From IMG/VR virus record IMGVR_UViG_3300038443_000660, positions 130,082 to 194,081 of that record: a DNA stretch of 64,000 nucleotides. One strand, written 5' to 3'. The translations under genes and the position numbers were made by a program. Of this stretch, positions 1-8,296 are shown piece after piece (within the stretch, counting starts at the first letter, position 1; every line of letters starts with the position of its first letter). The notes below the pieces were generated by a model. It was not told where the DNA came from and ran no database searches. It saw only the letters and a list, made by a program, of their open reading frames with translations. This stretch comes from a virus (Duplodnaviria; Heunggongvirae; Uroviricota; Caudoviricetes).

Positions 1-59
1 CAATGTGGTTTGACAGCTACAAACGAGGCATATCCATAAACGGCTGTCTTTCGCAATTT

Positions 60-134
60 TGGCACCGGAGACAGGAATCGAACCTGCTTAAATACGGGTT
101 TGGAAGCCGCTGTTTGCCACTAAACTTCACCGGT
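60..134 (-). tRNA. tRNA-Trp(CCA), with non-canonical pairs
   Basis: Reverse complement folds as a cloverleaf: ACCGGTG/CTCCGGT acceptor, A1-U72, G73, encoded CCA, TTCGATT T-loop, loop TTCCAAA giving anticodon CCA; C31:C39 and U6:U67 mismatches. Confidence 0.75.
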
Positions 135-139
135 ATCTT

Positions 140-334
140 TTATTTATCCGTAATTGGGTAATCGCCGTGAACATGCATTCGTGGTGAAATTTGTACTACA
201 TCACTAAAAACTGAACGGTCATATTCATCAACATCACGACCACCTAGTTTAAAATATTCACGCAAAAGGTCTTGTTCGTCCTTCTTTGCGCAAATCAAAA
301 CTTCACCATCATTTTCGTATACGACTAGCTTCAT
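140..334 (-). CDS. hypothetical protein
   Basis: 64-aa ORF with ATGA overlap to the upstream gene. Confidence 0.6.
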   Translation of the reverse strand: MKLVVYENDGEVLICAKKDEQDLLREYFKLGGRDVDEYDRSVFSDVVQISPRMHVHGDYPITDK

Positions 335-549
335 GATGTCTTACCTTTTCTGATGATATTCACAACATCTTTAGACGAAACCAATATACACATCGATTGT
401 ATCTCTGTCAACCGAGTTTTTGGTATGTCATAATGAGTTTTATGAAACCAGCATCGTTTGATATTTAGCAACTCGGCCATTTTATGGAGATTTTTTATAG
501 AATACGGTTCACAGACAAGATGGCGTTTGCCGTCCGTATAAAATTTCAT
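331..549 (-). CDS. DUF4031-like small protein
   Basis: HL..LH.MA..L.....WF...HYD pattern; coupled overlaps. Confidence 0.55.
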   Translation of the reverse strand: MKFYTDGKRHLVCEPYSIKNLHKMAELLNIKRCWFHKTHYDIPKTRLTEIQSMCILVSSKDVVNIIRKGKTS

Positions 550-1025
550 GGAAGGAGGATTTTGGCGGCAGCACTAATGGCTTCGTCTAGATTGTCTGTT
601 CGGAAACCACAAATTTCCCGTACCATTCCATGATCGTGGATATTTCCTGATTTTTCCATCACCAACACAATCGGAATTCGATTGGCATCGGCCCAACCCA
701 ATTCAATCATCGTGCCAATAGAAACACGAGTTGCACCTAAAAGGTTGACAAACAAAATGTCGGCTCTTGTAGCATCAAACCTATCTCTGGTAGTAATACC
801 TTTTTGCGATGAAGTGATATTTTCTTCATAGGTATCAGCAATATTTGTTTCCTGTAGAAGATATTCTTTGTGGCGCATAGGTGAAAAACAATGAATGTAA
901 TTTTCATTTCCGGGAGACAATTTTGAACAATACCCTATCATCTGTTGACGAACATAATCTCGCCATTCAGTGACACCAGCATACGAACCAGCAGTAATCG
1001 GACCAGCCAAATAAATTTTACTCAT
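546..1025 (-). CDS. nucleoside 2-deoxyribosyltransferase-fold protein
   Basis: IYLAGP, D....AD...VNL, SIGTMIELGWA motifs. Confidence 0.8.
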   Translation of the reverse strand: MSKIYLAGPITAGSYAGVTEWRDYVRQQMIGYCSKLSPGNENYIHCFSPMRHKEYLLQETNIADTYEENITSSQKGITTRDRFDATRADILFVNLLGATRVSIGTMIELGWADANRIPIVLVMEKSGNIHDHGMVREICGFRTDNLDEAISAAAKILLP

Positions 1026-1239
1026 GGTTTACCTTCTTAGATAATATTTTTGCTAATGCACGATTTTGTAAAAATTCTTCGAATTCTGTCCTATTTTGGT
1101 CTAAAAAATCACAAACTAAGCTTGTAACGTATGGACCAGTTCCACCAATCATCCCTGAATTAAGGTCTTTTTGCCCATAATAATTGATATGATTGATGCA
1201 TTCTTGAACAGTAATCGGATATTGTTCAATATTTCTCAT
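1018..1239 (-). CDS. hypothetical protein
   Basis: 73-aa ORF in a tightly packed operon. Confidence 0.55.
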   Translation of the reverse strand: MRNIEQYPITVQECINHINYYGQKDLNSGMIGGTGPYVTSLVCDFLDQNRTEFEEFLQNRALAKILSKKVNHE

Positions 1240-1250
1240 TTAAGTTTCCT

Positions 1251-1748
1251 TTATGGAACTAAAAAGTGTTGTTGTTCTTCTGGTTTTGGTGCATTTTCTG
1301 GTGTAGGTGGCTTCGGCCAAAGCTGCATTTCATTGTTGTCGCCACGACCATGCATTCCTGAAATTTCCAAATCGACGCCATTGGCATCTGGATTATTTCC
1401 GTCCATACCGTCTTGAAGTTTTTGGGCTGATTCAGTTGAATATGGGATATAGCACAATTTTGGACCAGAGTCGGGAGTGTCAAGAAACAAATGAATTTTA
1501 TCGTTCTGAATAGCCTGAAACCCTATAACCGTGTATTTTCCGGGTTTGAAATACATTTCAACTGAACATGGAATGGACCAACCAACAGAAAATAATAATA
1601 TAGCTGCCGATACGAGAGAACCAATGAAAAACGCTACAACTGATAACAGCCGTGGTTTATATTGTCCCGTCCGTGCCCATATAGCAAAATGCGCCACCAA
1701 TCCTAAAATAAATGTGAGAGCAAGCCATGCGGAAACGAGAAATATCAT
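1251..1748 (-). CDS. membrane protein, two N-terminal TM helices and Pro-rich C-terminus
   Basis: Hydrophobic segments at about residues 2-24 and 34-57; tail WPKPPTPENAPKPEE; ATGA overlap with the upstream gene. Confidence 0.75.
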   Translation of the reverse strand: MIFLVSAWLALTFILGLVAHFAIWARTGQYKPRLLSVVAFFIGSLVSAAILLFSVGWSIPCSVEMYFKPGKYTVIGFQAIQNDKIHLFLDTPDSGPKLCYIPYSTESAQKLQDGMDGNNPDANGVDLEISGMHGRGDNNEMQLWPKPPTPENAPKPEEQQHFLVP

Positions 1749-2308
1749 TTTTTCGAATTTCTTAGCGGTGTAAATACGTGGTTTATAGAATTCGGTACTA
1801 TATGTTGTTTGTCATCAATTTTAAATCTAACTACTGTTATTTCCTGATTTGGCTTACGAAGCGTAACCTTGTCTGAAAATATTCTAAGAGCGGGTTTTCC
1901 CGAACCTGCATTCAGTAAAACTTCGACATTGACAACCATTGGAAACGTATTGATGCGATACGAGTGAATATTTACTACATATTCACCGGGCGGTAATCCA
2001 CGAGAAAATGCATTCTCATAATTAAAGCCGATTGTGTCATATAAAGCTAAGCCAGTATCGTCACGTAACAGATTCCAAACTTCACCATCTTTGTTTGAAT
2101 AACCAACGGGAATCTTCTCGCCCGGTCCCATTAGCCATAAGTCAACGTCTGTATTTCCATCCGGCCATGTGATAGTGACAACTAAATTCCCCGGCGCATT
2201 GATTTGCCCGTTTTCCTTGGAATTCGGATTCCAGTTGGCCAACATGACCAAAGCCATCATTCCAAGCAACATATTCAAGAGGACATCACGAGAAATGATG
2301 TTATTCAT
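1745..2308 (-). CDS. single-pass membrane protein with DUF2135/YfaP-like beta domain (ExbD/MotB-like topology)
   Basis: N-terminal RDVLLNMLLGMMALVMLA (Asp at TM start); LVVTITW..DVDLW..PG and GEYVVNIHSY. Confidence 0.7.
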   Translation of the reverse strand: MNNIISRDVLLNMLLGMMALVMLANWNPNSKENGQINAPGNLVVTITWPDGNTDVDLWLMGPGEKIPVGYSNKDGEVWNLLRDDTGLALYDTIGFNYENAFSRGLPPGEYVVNIHSYRINTFPMVVNVEVLLNAGSGKPALRIFSDKVTLRKPNQEITVVRFKIDDKQHIVPNSINHVFTPLRNSKK

Positions 2309-2849
2309 TCAATAGCTGCCTATCAGGCTTAGATTCGGCGTGTGCCTTTTTAGTGTCCTCGATAAAGGTCGTGGTAGCTGTTTCCAGCATGGAAAAATTA
2401 ATCCATGTCCATAAGCCAGTAATCGCACCTGCCAGTGTTGAACCAAAGGCTACACCCATGCCCATTAGGAGTTGGGGAGCAATTTGTGCCGGGTCCGTGC
2501 CCGCCATGTCTAAGGCGATAAAAAATCCTAGAGCATTGCCGATAAGGCCGAGAGTCGCCAAATATTCTGCTATTTTATAGATATGGAGATTTTTAGCTTC
2601 AATTTTCTTGGCACCAGTAACATCAAGTAACTCACCCCTGTCAAGATTATTTTTAGCCCTAGATACTTTCCAAATTCTGATTGCAGAAGAAACCAACCCT
2701 ATCACAAAAAGCAGAACGATGATTTCGCAAATTTTAGAAACGTCACGCTCAAAAACTTTATGGACATAGCCCATCGACCATGCCCATATAAAAATTGCAA
2801 AACCTAAGCCATTTGTAATAAGATATCGAAAAAGTAAAAGATTTTTCAA
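2301..2849 (-). CDS. MotA/TolQ/ExbB proton-channel family protein
   Basis: LGLIGNALGFFIAL and GMGVAFGSTLAGAITG helices; start moved to TTG at 2849 because the longer ORF runs through the tRNA. Confidence 0.78.
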   Translation of the reverse strand: MKNLLLFRYLITNGLGFAIFIWAWSMGYVHKVFERDVSKICEIIVLLFVIGLVSSAIRIWKVSRAKNNLDRGELLDVTGAKKIEAKNLHIYKIAEYLATLGLIGNALGFFIALDMAGTDPAQIAPQLLMGMGVAFGSTLAGAITGLWTWINFSMLETATTTFIEDTKKAHAESKPDRQLLNE

Positions 2850-2872
2850 ACGAAACTTTCTATAAAAAAGAG

Positions 2873-2950
2873 TGGTTGCGGGTGGAAGATTTGAACTTCC
2901 GTGATCGGCGTATGAAACCGTGCTGGAACCAGACTCCAGTCCAACCCGCA
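2873..2950 (-). tRNA. tRNA-Met(CAT), initiator-like
   Basis: TGCGGGT/ACCCGCA acceptor stem + ACCA, TTCATAC anticodon loop, GGAAG-TTCAAAT-CTTCC T-arm. Confidence 0.9.
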
Positions 2951-2963
2951 ATATTCGTACTCT

Positions 2964-2971
2964 TATTTATA
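2964..2971 (-). promoter_or_regulatory. T4-type late promoter (TATAAATA)
   Basis: Exact gp55 consensus 14 nt upstream of the tRNA-Met 5' end. Confidence 0.7.
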
Positions 2972-2976
2972 CAAAT

Positions 2977-3561
2977 TTAGATGAATTCTTTTTGTTTGTC
3001 AAGATATTTCTTTCTTTCTTTTTCTTTTAATACAGCTTCGATATATTCTTTAGCGTATGAACATTCTGACAAATGGCTACAAATCAGTGGTGATTCCATA
3101 GCAAAAAGATTAGCATCATATTCATGCGGCAAAATCGCATATTCAGTTGGTTCGGGCCACTTTGCATTTCCATTCAAAACGAGTTCACCGTTATAATATA
3201 ATCTGTTATCAGATGTATGTATCAATCGCCCCCTCATGAATTGATATGCATGGCGTATTTCATGAAGAAAGGTGAACATCAGGTCGTATTGGGTTAAATC
3301 CCAAAGCAACGGAGATAATGCGATAAATTTCCAGTCATCTTTAAAATAACAACAAGAATGATGTAGGTTATAAAATATATCAAAAGATGATACCAAATGA
3401 AATTCCGACAAATCAATATTAGGTACGGATTTAAGAACTTTGGCCAGCAATCCTGTCATTCTGGTATCGGTAAAATGACACGATTTCATCCGATATTTGA
3501 CATAGGAAAAGTTTGGGTCATATGGAGTATCAATAAAATTAAGCGACTTGAAAACTTTCAT
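2977..3561 (-). CDS. HExxH zinc-metallopeptidase-like protein
   Basis: FLHEIRHAYQ..GRL ... LPHEYDAN. Confidence 0.7.
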   Translation of the reverse strand: MKVFKSLNFIDTPYDPNFSYVKYRMKSCHFTDTRMTGLLAKVLKSVPNIDLSEFHLVSSFDIFYNLHHSCCYFKDDWKFIALSPLLWDLTQYDLMFTFLHEIRHAYQFMRGRLIHTSDNRLYYNGELVLNGNAKWPEPTEYAILPHEYDANLFAMESPLICSHLSECSYAKEYIEAVLKEKERKKYLDKQKEFI

Positions 3562-4105
3562 GTGATATATCCATATTTCTAATTAATTTCAAATATCGGA
3601 TTGTCATAAAGACTACTTTAGAATAACAAGAAATTCCCGAAATTCTATCACGAATCAATGGATGATTAAGTGTATACTTATTTGCATCTAATTCTTGTGG
3701 CAGTGTTATATAATCATCCCAAGTGATTACATTTTTAATACGTTTACCATCCCAATATGCAATATCGTCTATATAATCATAAGTTAATCGGCCAGTTTGA
3801 TTTTGTTCTATATGACGAAGTTCATGAATAAAAGAATATAAAACATCAACTTCTGTTCCTATATTTAATGCCAAAGCATCAACGATATCTAATCTATGTT
3901 CACTGTGAACACAAGCAGAACCGAGTTCTTTAGAAACAGAAAATAAATTCCAACGAGATAAGTCAAGGTTCGGGAACGAATCAATAGCCTGTACGGCCAA
4001 TTGCATCGTCTTAGGACAAAATGTTTCGTAACTGTTGAATCTTGATAATCCGAAAGTTTTTATAGGCTTTAGATTGCGAAGTTTTTCAGAAAAATTAATA
4101 TTCAT
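3539..4105 (-). CDS. HExxH zinc-metallopeptidase-like protein (tandem paralog)
   Basis: FIHELRHIEQ..GRL ... LPQELDAN. Confidence 0.7.
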   Translation of the reverse strand: MNINFSEKLRNLKPIKTFGLSRFNSYETFCPKTMQLAVQAIDSFPNLDLSRWNLFSVSKELGSACVHSEHRLDIVDALALNIGTEVDVLYSFIHELRHIEQNQTGRLTYDYIDDIAYWDGKRIKNVITWDDYITLPQELDANKYTLNHPLIRDRISGISCYSKVVFMTIRYLKLIRNMDISHESFQVA

Positions 4106-4505
4106 ATTCTTCCTTCCTCAAACCGGGGAAATGTTGAATCGCTTCGCTAAAAGAAATCTTAAGGCCATTCGCCATAATCCAACCGGTAAATTCAGAATAT
4201 GACGGGTCATCATAAGATACATCAGGTACAATGCCTGCATAGCACCGATATTTCTTAGCGTAGTCTAGTACCAGAACCGCCAAAATGACATATTCACCAA
4301 TTGGGCTTGGATATCGACGGGCAGAATGATTGACATACTGCATAGATTTTTCCTTTGCAATTTCTTTAAGCTTTTCTCTCACTTGACCAATTGTCCAATC
4401 ATCCGGCGAATTGAATATGACATGCATCGCTTCGATAGGTATTTTTTCGCCAAACAACGTTTCCAATTCAATTTGTGTTAATCTACCGGTCACATGTTTC
4501 TCCAC
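4095..4505 (-). CDS. hypothetical protein
   Basis: 136-aa ORF, GTG start, coupled. Confidence 0.55.
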   Translation of the reverse strand: MEKHVTGRLTQIELETLFGEKIPIEAMHVIFNSPDDWTIGQVREKLKEIAKEKSMQYVNHSARRYPSPIGEYVILAVLVLDYAKKYRCYAGIVPDVSYDDPSYSEFTGWIMANGLKISFSEAIQHFPGLRKEEYEY

Positions 4506-5066
4506 CTAGAAGCTGTAATTTTTTGTAAGTTTCCGACACTTCACTTGCCAGTTGGCATTCAAACCATCTTTGTAACAAAATTTCAATCTCGATTCCGGGT
4601 CTTTAAAAACTAACCCTTCGTCAATTTCTTCGGTCAAAGAATCGAAAACTTTTCTAAAATTCGAGTAGATATTCTCAACTTTGATGATATTTTTACCATC
4701 TGGCAAATGCTTGATGATATTCAGTCGGTCATTCAACGTTTCGCCTACTTGTTCAATACCCCTGTAAACCAAAACGTCAAACAAGTAAATGGTGTTTTTT
4801 ATCGTTGTCGATTTGTTGTGGAGAAGTTCGCCAACAAAAACGGAATCAGGAAATTGTTTAAAATAATCGATGATATGTTGGGGAGCAACCCACGCCTTGT
4901 GTATTTCTTTATGGCGATTCCAAAATTCGATATCGCCACATTCATCAATCGAAATTACCGTGCATGTGCCATTCTTTTTCAGTTGAGCGATGTAACCGGA
5001 TTTTTCATAAAACCCAATCATATCTGGTGGAATCGCCTTTTCCGGTCGTGGTGGCCAAAGAAACAT
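4506..5066 (-). CDS. minimal ATP-dependent ligase-fold nucleotidyltransferase
   Basis: Motifs I KKNG, III FVGEL, IIIa YLFDV, IV EGLVFK, V QVKCRK; no OB domain. Confidence 0.75.
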   Translation of the reverse strand: MFLWPPRPEKAIPPDMIGFYEKSGYIAQLKKNGTCTVISIDECGDIEFWNRHKEIHKAWVAPQHIIDYFKQFPDSVFVGELLHNKSTTIKNTIYLFDVLVYRGIEQVGETLNDRLNIIKHLPDGKNIIKVENIYSNFRKVFDSLTEEIDEGLVFKDPESRLKFCYKDGLNANWQVKCRKLTKNYSF

Positions 5067-5073
5067 GACTGCC

Positions 5074-5418
5074 CTACTTTTCTTGCAACAACCGTTCTAG
5101 TTCTTTCTTATCCCGTTCGATACGAGCCTGAATATCCATTATATCTTTTTCTTTCTTGGTAACATCTGGACCAAGAATTTCCACGTCGCCAAGAACGGTG
5201 GCAAGTTCTTCCGCTTGAAAAAAGGCGGCATTAAGATGACCTTGACGACTCCCTTTTATGGAACACCAGTTCGAATCAAACTGGTTATTTTTGAAAACGG
5301 TGAATTTATCACCCTTATCGTTTTCAAGGACGACTTCAAAAGCCGACGATGGATGTCTTTGGGTATCACGATCACCATTTGGCATGAGTGACACAGTTTC
5401 AAAAATTTTGATTTTCAT
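5074..5418 (-). CDS. hypothetical protein
   Basis: 114-aa ORF, coiled-coil C-terminus. Confidence 0.6.
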   Translation of the reverse strand: MKIKIFETVSLMPNGDRDTQRHPSSAFEVVLENDKGDKFTVFKNNQFDSNWCSIKGSRQGHLNAAFFQAEELATVLGDVEILGPDVTKKEKDIMDIQARIERDKKELERLLQEK

Positions 5419-6104
5419 TATTTCGCCTTCTTAGCCTTCTTTTCCTTGGCTGGTTCATCAGCCAACCCGGCCAGCTTCATTCCCTCATTCAGTGCATCCT
5501 TTAGCGAAGCGTCATAAGTTGGCTTCACTGCCAGCGTACCGACAATTTCCAGCAACGTCTTTTGCAGTCCCCGTTCAAAGACCTTATCGACGGTTTCTGC
5601 CGAAACTACCGTCTTGACCTGTCGTTCCTGCTTAAGAATGAAATCTTCCGGCAACCCCTTGACCTTTTCAAGCGCCTTTGAAACAGTTTCCAGAAGTTGC
5701 GAATCACCGAAATATGCAGGATTGATGACATAACAATCTGCCTTAGTTTCGACTTCCTCTACAGGGATTTCCAGTCGAGTAAGAACGTCGATTTCTTCGG
5801 GAGTCAGCGGCGAAGCCGACGAGCGAGTCCGAAGTTCACAGGAAGCGGAAGCAAGATCGCCATCAACACCCCGAAAATTTTCGGGACGCTTCTTAATCTG
5901 GTTTCCAATACCAATGAAGGTATTGGCCATTTCTTCCTTGACCTTTTCGTCAAGAGTCGCCCGAATGGCCGTAAACCCCTTGACGATAGCATCAACTACC
6001 GCAAGGTTGGCTAGACCGGGGATGTTAATTCGTTCGGCGGTGCTTTTCTTCTTGGCTGGCGGTGCGACCGCTTCAATCTTCTTGGCTTTATCAAAAATCG
6101 ACAT
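5418..6104 (-). CDS. hypothetical early protein with Lys-rich termini
   Basis: 228-aa ORF with GGAG RBS and its own sigma70-type promoter. Confidence 0.75.
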   Translation of the reverse strand: MSIFDKAKKIEAVAPPAKKKSTAERINIPGLANLAVVDAIVKGFTAIRATLDEKVKEEMANTFIGIGNQIKKRPENFRGVDGDLASASCELRTRSSASPLTPEEIDVLTRLEIPVEEVETKADCYVINPAYFGDSQLLETVSKALEKVKGLPEDFILKQERQVKTVVSAETVDKVFERGLQKTLLEIVGTLAVKPTYDASLKDALNEGMKLAGLADEPAKEKKAKKAK

Positions 6105-6134
6105 TCACGTTCTCCATGTCTTATTCTCGATTCC

Positions 6135-6163
6135 AATATAAAAGAAAAATGTAGAATGTCAAG
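6135..6163 (-). promoter_or_regulatory. sigma70-type promoter
   Basis: CTTGAC-N17-TATATT. Confidence 0.75.
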
Positions 6164-6174
6164 CAATTTAGATA

Positions 6175-6206
6175 ATAAAAAAGAAGGGGAAATTACTCCC
6201 CTTCTT
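6175..6206 (-). terminator. intrinsic terminator
   Basis: 10-bp stem AAGAAGGGGA/TCCCCTTCTT with U-tract on the minus strand. Confidence 0.8.
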
Positions 6207-6360
6207 GCAACTCATATGCCACCGATTTGAAGCAGACTGGACAACTCGCTACCAGATAACGCTTGCCTTTGTACAATTCCTCGATAGCGTCACTTCGCAG
6301 AATGCCGATTCGCTTCTGACAAAATCGGCAAGTAGTTGGGTACATTTTTTCTTCTGTCAT
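6193..6360 (-). CDS. small zinc-ribbon protein
   Basis: CRFC...CPVC; ATG at 6360 preferred over the longer ORF that overlaps the methyltransferase. Confidence 0.5.
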   Translation of the reverse strand: MTEEKMYPTTCRFCQKRIGILRSDAIEELYKGKRYLVASCPVCFKSVAYELQEGE

Positions 6361-6388
6361 ATTAATCCTTTGTCTGTTCAAAAATCGA

Positions 6389-6955
6389 TCAGTTTTCTTC
6401 GAACGTGCCTGTCTGATTACCCCAAACCGTCCATTTTTCTCGTGTCGTTCGGGAAAATAATTCGAGATATGGTCCGTCCACCAGAGACTCGATTCTCTCA
6501 TATATTTCAATGGGTTTGCGGGAATGCTCACGCCGGGGAGCGACAATTAATTGTGGAACGGATTTCGATTTTCGAGGCAAAACGTTACCTCTGGTGGCCA
6601 GTAGGCAATATTCTGCATTCTGCCGAGTGTAATACCCCATCCCCATGAAAAATCCGGGTGTTTTTTGATTTTCCTTCGCCCATGTGAAGGCGACGGTCTT
6701 ATATTGAAATCCCCATGAGCGGATTACCGAAAAAGATTCTTCCAATTTCGGGGAAGTCGTCCACAAAAATAAAATTGCGGAGTCAGCGGCAATCTGGCTG
6801 ACCGGCATATCACATATCTCGGAAATATCCATGGATGGATAATGAGATTCGATACTCCTAGATTTGGACTTGGAAAAATTATATTTCCAAGGCGGGTCAG
6901 CTAGAATGACGGGGAATTTTTGATTATTAAGTTCAGAAAATGTTATTGGTTGCAT
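6389..6955 (-). CDS. MT-A70 family N6-adenine methyltransferase
   Basis: VILADPPW, LFLW, WGF.YKT, HSRKP, YLELFSR. Confidence 0.9.
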   Translation of the reverse strand: MQPITFSELNNQKFPVILADPPWKYNFSKSKSRSIESHYPSMDISEICDMPVSQIAADSAILFLWTTSPKLEESFSVIRSWGFQYKTVAFTWAKENQKTPGFFMGMGYYTRQNAEYCLLATRGNVLPRKSKSVPQLIVAPRREHSRKPIEIYERIESLVDGPYLELFSRTTREKWTVWGNQTGTFEEN

Positions 6956-6973
6956 ATATCTATATATGCAACT

Positions 6974-7522
6974 TCACGCCTCATTTTTTGAAATCGGGCC
7001 ATTTGCTGTCATAATTATTTTTCTGACATTCGCTGGTTTATTATTATACGTAGGGCGTCTGACTGCATACAATCTGGATTTTTCAATTCTGGTGATAGAA
7101 ACCGAATCAGACTGGTTTCCGCCCATTACGTGGAAACATTGCTTGTCCTCGGCTACGTACAAGGCGACATGCCCACCACCATTCCGCTTGAACGTGAGAA
7201 TATCTCCCAATTGGGCATCATCCTTGCCCACGGCGTCACCAACTAGGGACCAGTTCAAGGCCCAGAGCATTTTTTGATTATTCAAAGTTTTTGGCAGAGA
7301 CTTGTCTGCCTTAAGATATACGTAATTCATCCATAGGCCACACCATGCGATACCATCATTTGTATATACATTTGAAAGACCCAATTCCCTAGCCCAACCC
7401 ATGATAATCGGAGAGGATTTCGGTCCCGGAACTTCAAGTGTTCCAAATGTTTTCAACGCTTCCGTCAACATTTTTGGGCCAGTTTCGTTATTTAGCCATT
7501 GATATTGTTTCGGTAATACCAT
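6974..7522 (-). CDS. TIGR02594-like NlpC/P60 cell-wall amidase (endolysin candidate)
   Basis: G..E.PG....I..W, D.IAWCG, GGHV, GGNQSD.V. Confidence 0.8.
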   Translation of the reverse strand: MVLPKQYQWLNNETGPKMLTEALKTFGTLEVPGPKSSPIIMGWARELGLSNVYTNDGIAWCGLWMNYVYLKADKSLPKTLNNQKMLWALNWSLVGDAVGKDDAQLGDILTFKRNGGGHVALYVAEDKQCFHVMGGNQSDSVSITRIEKSRLYAVRRPTYNNKPANVRKIIMTANGPISKNEA

Positions 7523-7640
7523 AAATAATACTCCTGTTAATGAGTCTATTTAGGGGAATTGGAAAATGGACAAAGATTGCACTGGTTATTTGTTTTTCAA
7601 CACGACTAAGATGCTGTATCGTTCAGCGCCCAATCGGTTC

Positions 7641-7683
7641 AATAAAAAGAATCATGGCGACAAAATTGATACTGCCGCCATGA
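7641..7683 (-). terminator. probable intrinsic terminator
   Basis: TCATGGCGGCA/TGTCGCCATGA stem followed by TTCTTTTT on the minus strand. Confidence 0.6.
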
Positions 7684-7714
7684 ATGAGATTGAAAATCGA
7701 AATGATTCGGTTGA

Positions 7715-8296
7715 TTACGAACGTGATTTAGTCGAATAGGACAATGACGGGTTTGCTGCGTTGTCAGCAATCCAGATGAACCACGCATAGTTGTGGCGTG
7801 GCGAACCGGTAGAATCCGCAATCCATTTTGGTCGCCACGTCAATACTCGTTTTTCCGTGAAATAACGGCAATTTCCGAAATATTTCATTCTTCCAGAAGC
7901 AGAATCAAGTTCGTTTCTCGCTAGAATGGCAGCATTTTTTCCTTTGGATAACCAGAATAGAATTCTGTCCATAAATTTGTTGATTTCTTTTCCATATGGA
8001 GGATTAGTTACAATCCAGTCAAAATGTTGTTCTGGTTCGTAACTATAGAAATCGGCTTTTAATGCATCATCCATTTGTGGATTGATATCGGAATTTATTA
8101 CTGATTTAAAACGATTTTTGAGAACATTGGACATAGCGCCATTGCCACAAGCCGGTTCCCACACAATTTCATCTTTACAATAGTATAATGCACCTGAACC
8201 AAACAATGCATTAGTAGCGTCCTTTGGCGTAGGATAGAAATCAAGGGGAACACGTTCGTAATCAGAATTCCCAATCATAGCCGGGTCATTCCGCAT
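7715..8296 (-). CDS. DNA N6-adenine methyltransferase
   Basis: DFYPTP, WEPACGNG (SAM binding), IVTNPPY. Confidence 0.85.
   Translation of the reverse strand: MRNDPAMIGNSDYERVPLDFYPTPKDATNALFGSGALYYCKDEIVWEPACGNGAMSNVLKNRFKSVINSDINPQMDDALKADFYSYEPEQHFDWIVTNPPYGKEINKFMDRILFWLSKGKNAAILARNELDSASGRMKYFGNCRYFTEKRVLTWRPKWIADSTGSPRHNYAWFIWIADNAANPSLSYSTKSRS

Noticed and set aside
1-56. GACAGC/GCTGTC hairpin after tRNA-Trp as a second RNA gene
   Set aside because: No tRNA T-arm or acceptor. The minus strand reads as an open TTG-started frame (MRKTAVYGYASFVAVKPH...) running off the window, so it is more likely a truncated CDS.
2850-2951. N-terminal extension of the MotA-like ORF in the ORF track
   Set aside because: It runs through the tRNA-Met gene; TTG at 2849 gives a normal TM-led N-terminus.
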